Source: Paraspadella gotoi (taxonomy: Eukaryota; Animalia; Chaetognatha). Taken from it: DNA of 64,000 nt. The translations under genes and the position numbers were made by a program. The stretch is from assembly GCA_051294375.1 (NCBI GenBank), contig CM119266.1, positions 9,618,538 through 9,682,537 of the forward strand, given 5' to 3'. Below are positions 61,827 to 64,000 of this stretch, one piece after another. How positions within the stretch are numbered: position 1 is the stretch's first letter; every line of letters begins with the position of its first letter. Under the pieces are notes generated by a model, which made no database searches, had not been told where the DNA came from, and saw nothing but the letters and a program-made list of their open reading frames with translations.

Positions 61827-64000
61827 ATGGAACCTTCGGAAAACGACGACGTGGGCGTCTTGTTTTGTTCCGTCGCCCTGGAAAAGTTCAACGCCCTCGG
61901 TGGCGTCAACGCGCGGCCCGTAACCCACAAAAAATGCCGTCTCCTCCTCGGCCGCAACGAGTTTGGCGAGATCACGCTGCTCTTGCGAATCGACGGCAAA
62001 CCCGACCGACCCTACCTCCTCAGCAACTTTCAGATTTTTGGTAAGTTCGTCAAGGAGGGAAAGGCCACGATTAAGCTCAAAGATATCGACCTTCAAATCT
62101 TGATCTCCAACTGTCCGCCGGACAAGCTCAACTCTTTTCTCAAAACCATCTCGATCAAAGTAACCTGCGCGAAAAACGAGGGAAATCTCTCCGAGCCCTC
62201 AGTCAGAAAGAAGTTGTTGGCGGAGCGGAAGCCCGCCTTCAAGCTGATCAGCCCCCTCAACGCCAAGAACGCCGCCGTCGTGGAGTCCGTTATTCGTGGG
62301 TCCGGGGTTAAAGGGAAGAAGAGAGACCTTCAAGCGACGCCCTCTCCCGGAAAGAAGAGCAAGAAAGCGTGCGGTGAGTCCTAATCAGTTTATGACTCGT
62401 CTGTATTTATAAATTGTAGAATTTTTTAGACTAATTTTAACCAATATTAAACTTATCTTCGTTTCCCCACAGTGGCCACGTCGGACAAGGAGAACATTCG
62501 CGTTCCTTCTAGAACAAGAAAACAACTGAGCCAAATGTTGACCTCGCCAAAAAGCGTTGCGCCCAAAACCGGCCCCATTATCTCACCGCCAACCAAAGAA
62601 AAGATCCTCAATAAATTCCTTCCATCGGCGTCGAAATTGACGCCGTCTCAGCGCCGCGTTCTCGATGCCGTGCGACGCGGTCAGTCCGTCTTTTACACCG
62701 GCGCAGCCGGTACGGGCAAATCTTTTCTTACCAAATCTATCGTGGGCGCACTGCCGCCTGATCAAACTTTCGTCACCGCCAGCACCGCCATCGCCGCCTG
62801 TCACATTGGCGGCACTACGTTGCACGCCTTTGCCGGCGTGGGCAGCGGAACGCAGCCGTTGGAGCAATGTGTGCAACTGGCAAACCGAAGCAGCGTCAAA
62901 CAACAGTGGAAAAAGTGCAGGTAGAGAAAATCAACGAAGTAACGTAGTCGTGATTTCTTTCGGAGAAATTAGAGGAATTTTATTAACATACGTAAAATAC
63001 ACGAGGAGAAAATGATAATTGTAGTGTTTTAGGGCGGATAACAACTTGAAAATTTTTTAGTTTCTTGAATCTTGAGTGTAAGTCGCTTCCATGAGGAAAA
63101 CCTCTTCGAATGGTCAACAGAGAAGAAAAGGCAAAAAAATAAAGCGGAACAAAGTACAATCAGATCTATCCAGAAGTTGGCGCCATTGTCGTCTACTTTT
63201 TTAACAAGTGAATACGAGCAAAGGTCGTGTCTTTTTTTATTTGGAAGCCTCGTTGTTCTATTTTCTATTGTTTACTTGTTTGAACTGGAAACGTAGTTTT
63301 AATTTTTTTTTTTTTAAAAGGGAATTTTTTGGTGGACAGAGATTTTTAAAGTTCAACAATTTAATAAAAAAATTATTTAATTTAATAATTTAAAAAAAAT
63401 AATTTAAATTTTTTTTGTAGAATTCGAGTAATTTTATGAACATAAAATACACGAGGAGATAATGATAATTGAGAGTAAAAACAAATATTTAAAGGTCAAT
63501 AACAACTTGGAAATTTGATATTAGTTTCTTGAAGCTTAGTTTCTTCTCTTTTTGCCTTCTTCTCTTTCTCTTCGGTTCCGAGAAGAAGCCAGGACTCCTC
63601 CTCTCTGATTGGTTAAGAAAGAAGAAAGGCAAAAAAGCCAAGCGAGACGAACTACGATTACATCCATCTATCCATTTCCTACGTTATTATCACGAATTTC
63701 GAGAGTTATCTAGTTTTTTAGCAACATTGTTTCGCTACATCAGAACTTTTTAGCCTTTATACTTACCATCAGGTACCTCATAATCGACGAAATCTCCATG
63801 GTGGACGCATGTTTTTTTGATAAGCTCGAAGCCGTAGCACGCTCGGTCAGAGGAAACGACAAACCTTTCGGCGGAATCGTTCTTGTTCTTTGCGGCGACT
63901 TCCTCCAACTTCCACCCGTCTCCAAAGAGTCGGGACTCCGTAAAAAGTTTTGCTTTCAAGCTGCGAGTTGGAGCTCATGCATTAATCTCACCATCGAACT
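61827..64000 (+). CDS. PIF1: PIF1 5'-3' DNA helicase, 5' part; runs off the window
   Basis: N-terminal LGRNEF...[10 protein letters not shown] domain; [12 protein letters not shown] (Walker A); [14 protein letters not shown]; LIIDEISMV; [19 protein letters not shown]. Confidence 0.95.
62960..63730. repeat. Degenerate tandem duplication (unit about 450 bp) in a PIF1 intron
   Basis: taaaatacacgaggaga.aatgataattg, ataacaacttg.aaattt, ttagtttcttgaa and aaaggcaaaaaa recur in the same order from about 62995 and about 63445. Confidence 0.7.

Noticed and set aside
61827-64000. PIF1 helicase as part of a Helitron
   Set aside because: It has the cellular PIF1 N-terminal domain and introns, and no upstream Rep/HUH domain.

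Overview
Gene-dense, AT-rich eukaryotic DNA with short spliceosomal introns (mostly about 55-100 nt). The proteins are of animal type, so this is most likely a compact invertebrate genome; the species cannot be determined from the sequence. By translating exons by eye I can support 26 protein-coding genes. Minus-strand run: SEH1, SET-like, MRTO4, RPL22. Plus-strand run of 15: RAB11FIP3/4-like, COMMD2, KDELR, NOP10, CCDC32, TMEM187, PRUNE, HMGB-like, OSTC, CARS1, TMED10, UBE2O-like, COPZ1, USE1, BCKDK. ECM29 is nested antisense in a CARS1 intron, and a minus-strand tetraspanin follows BCKDK. A second plus-strand run holds KCTD3/SHKBP1, SOD2, hnRNP D/AB-like, TRAF and PIF1. Main points of interest: (1) operon-like organisation with very short spacers and splice acceptors ahead of start codons; (2) NOP10 and CCDC32 ORFs separated by only 2 nt; (3) a cysteinyl-tRNA synthetase with an in-frame C-terminal eEF1Bgamma-type GST domain; (4) an intact minimal hammerhead ribozyme, plus a degenerate one next to tandem tRNA-derived repeats; (5) a 106-bp copy of a UBE2O exon/intron segment pasted into an inverted-repeat element 3 kb away. 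Gene names come from recalled family motifs, not database searches, and CDS coordinates span introns.
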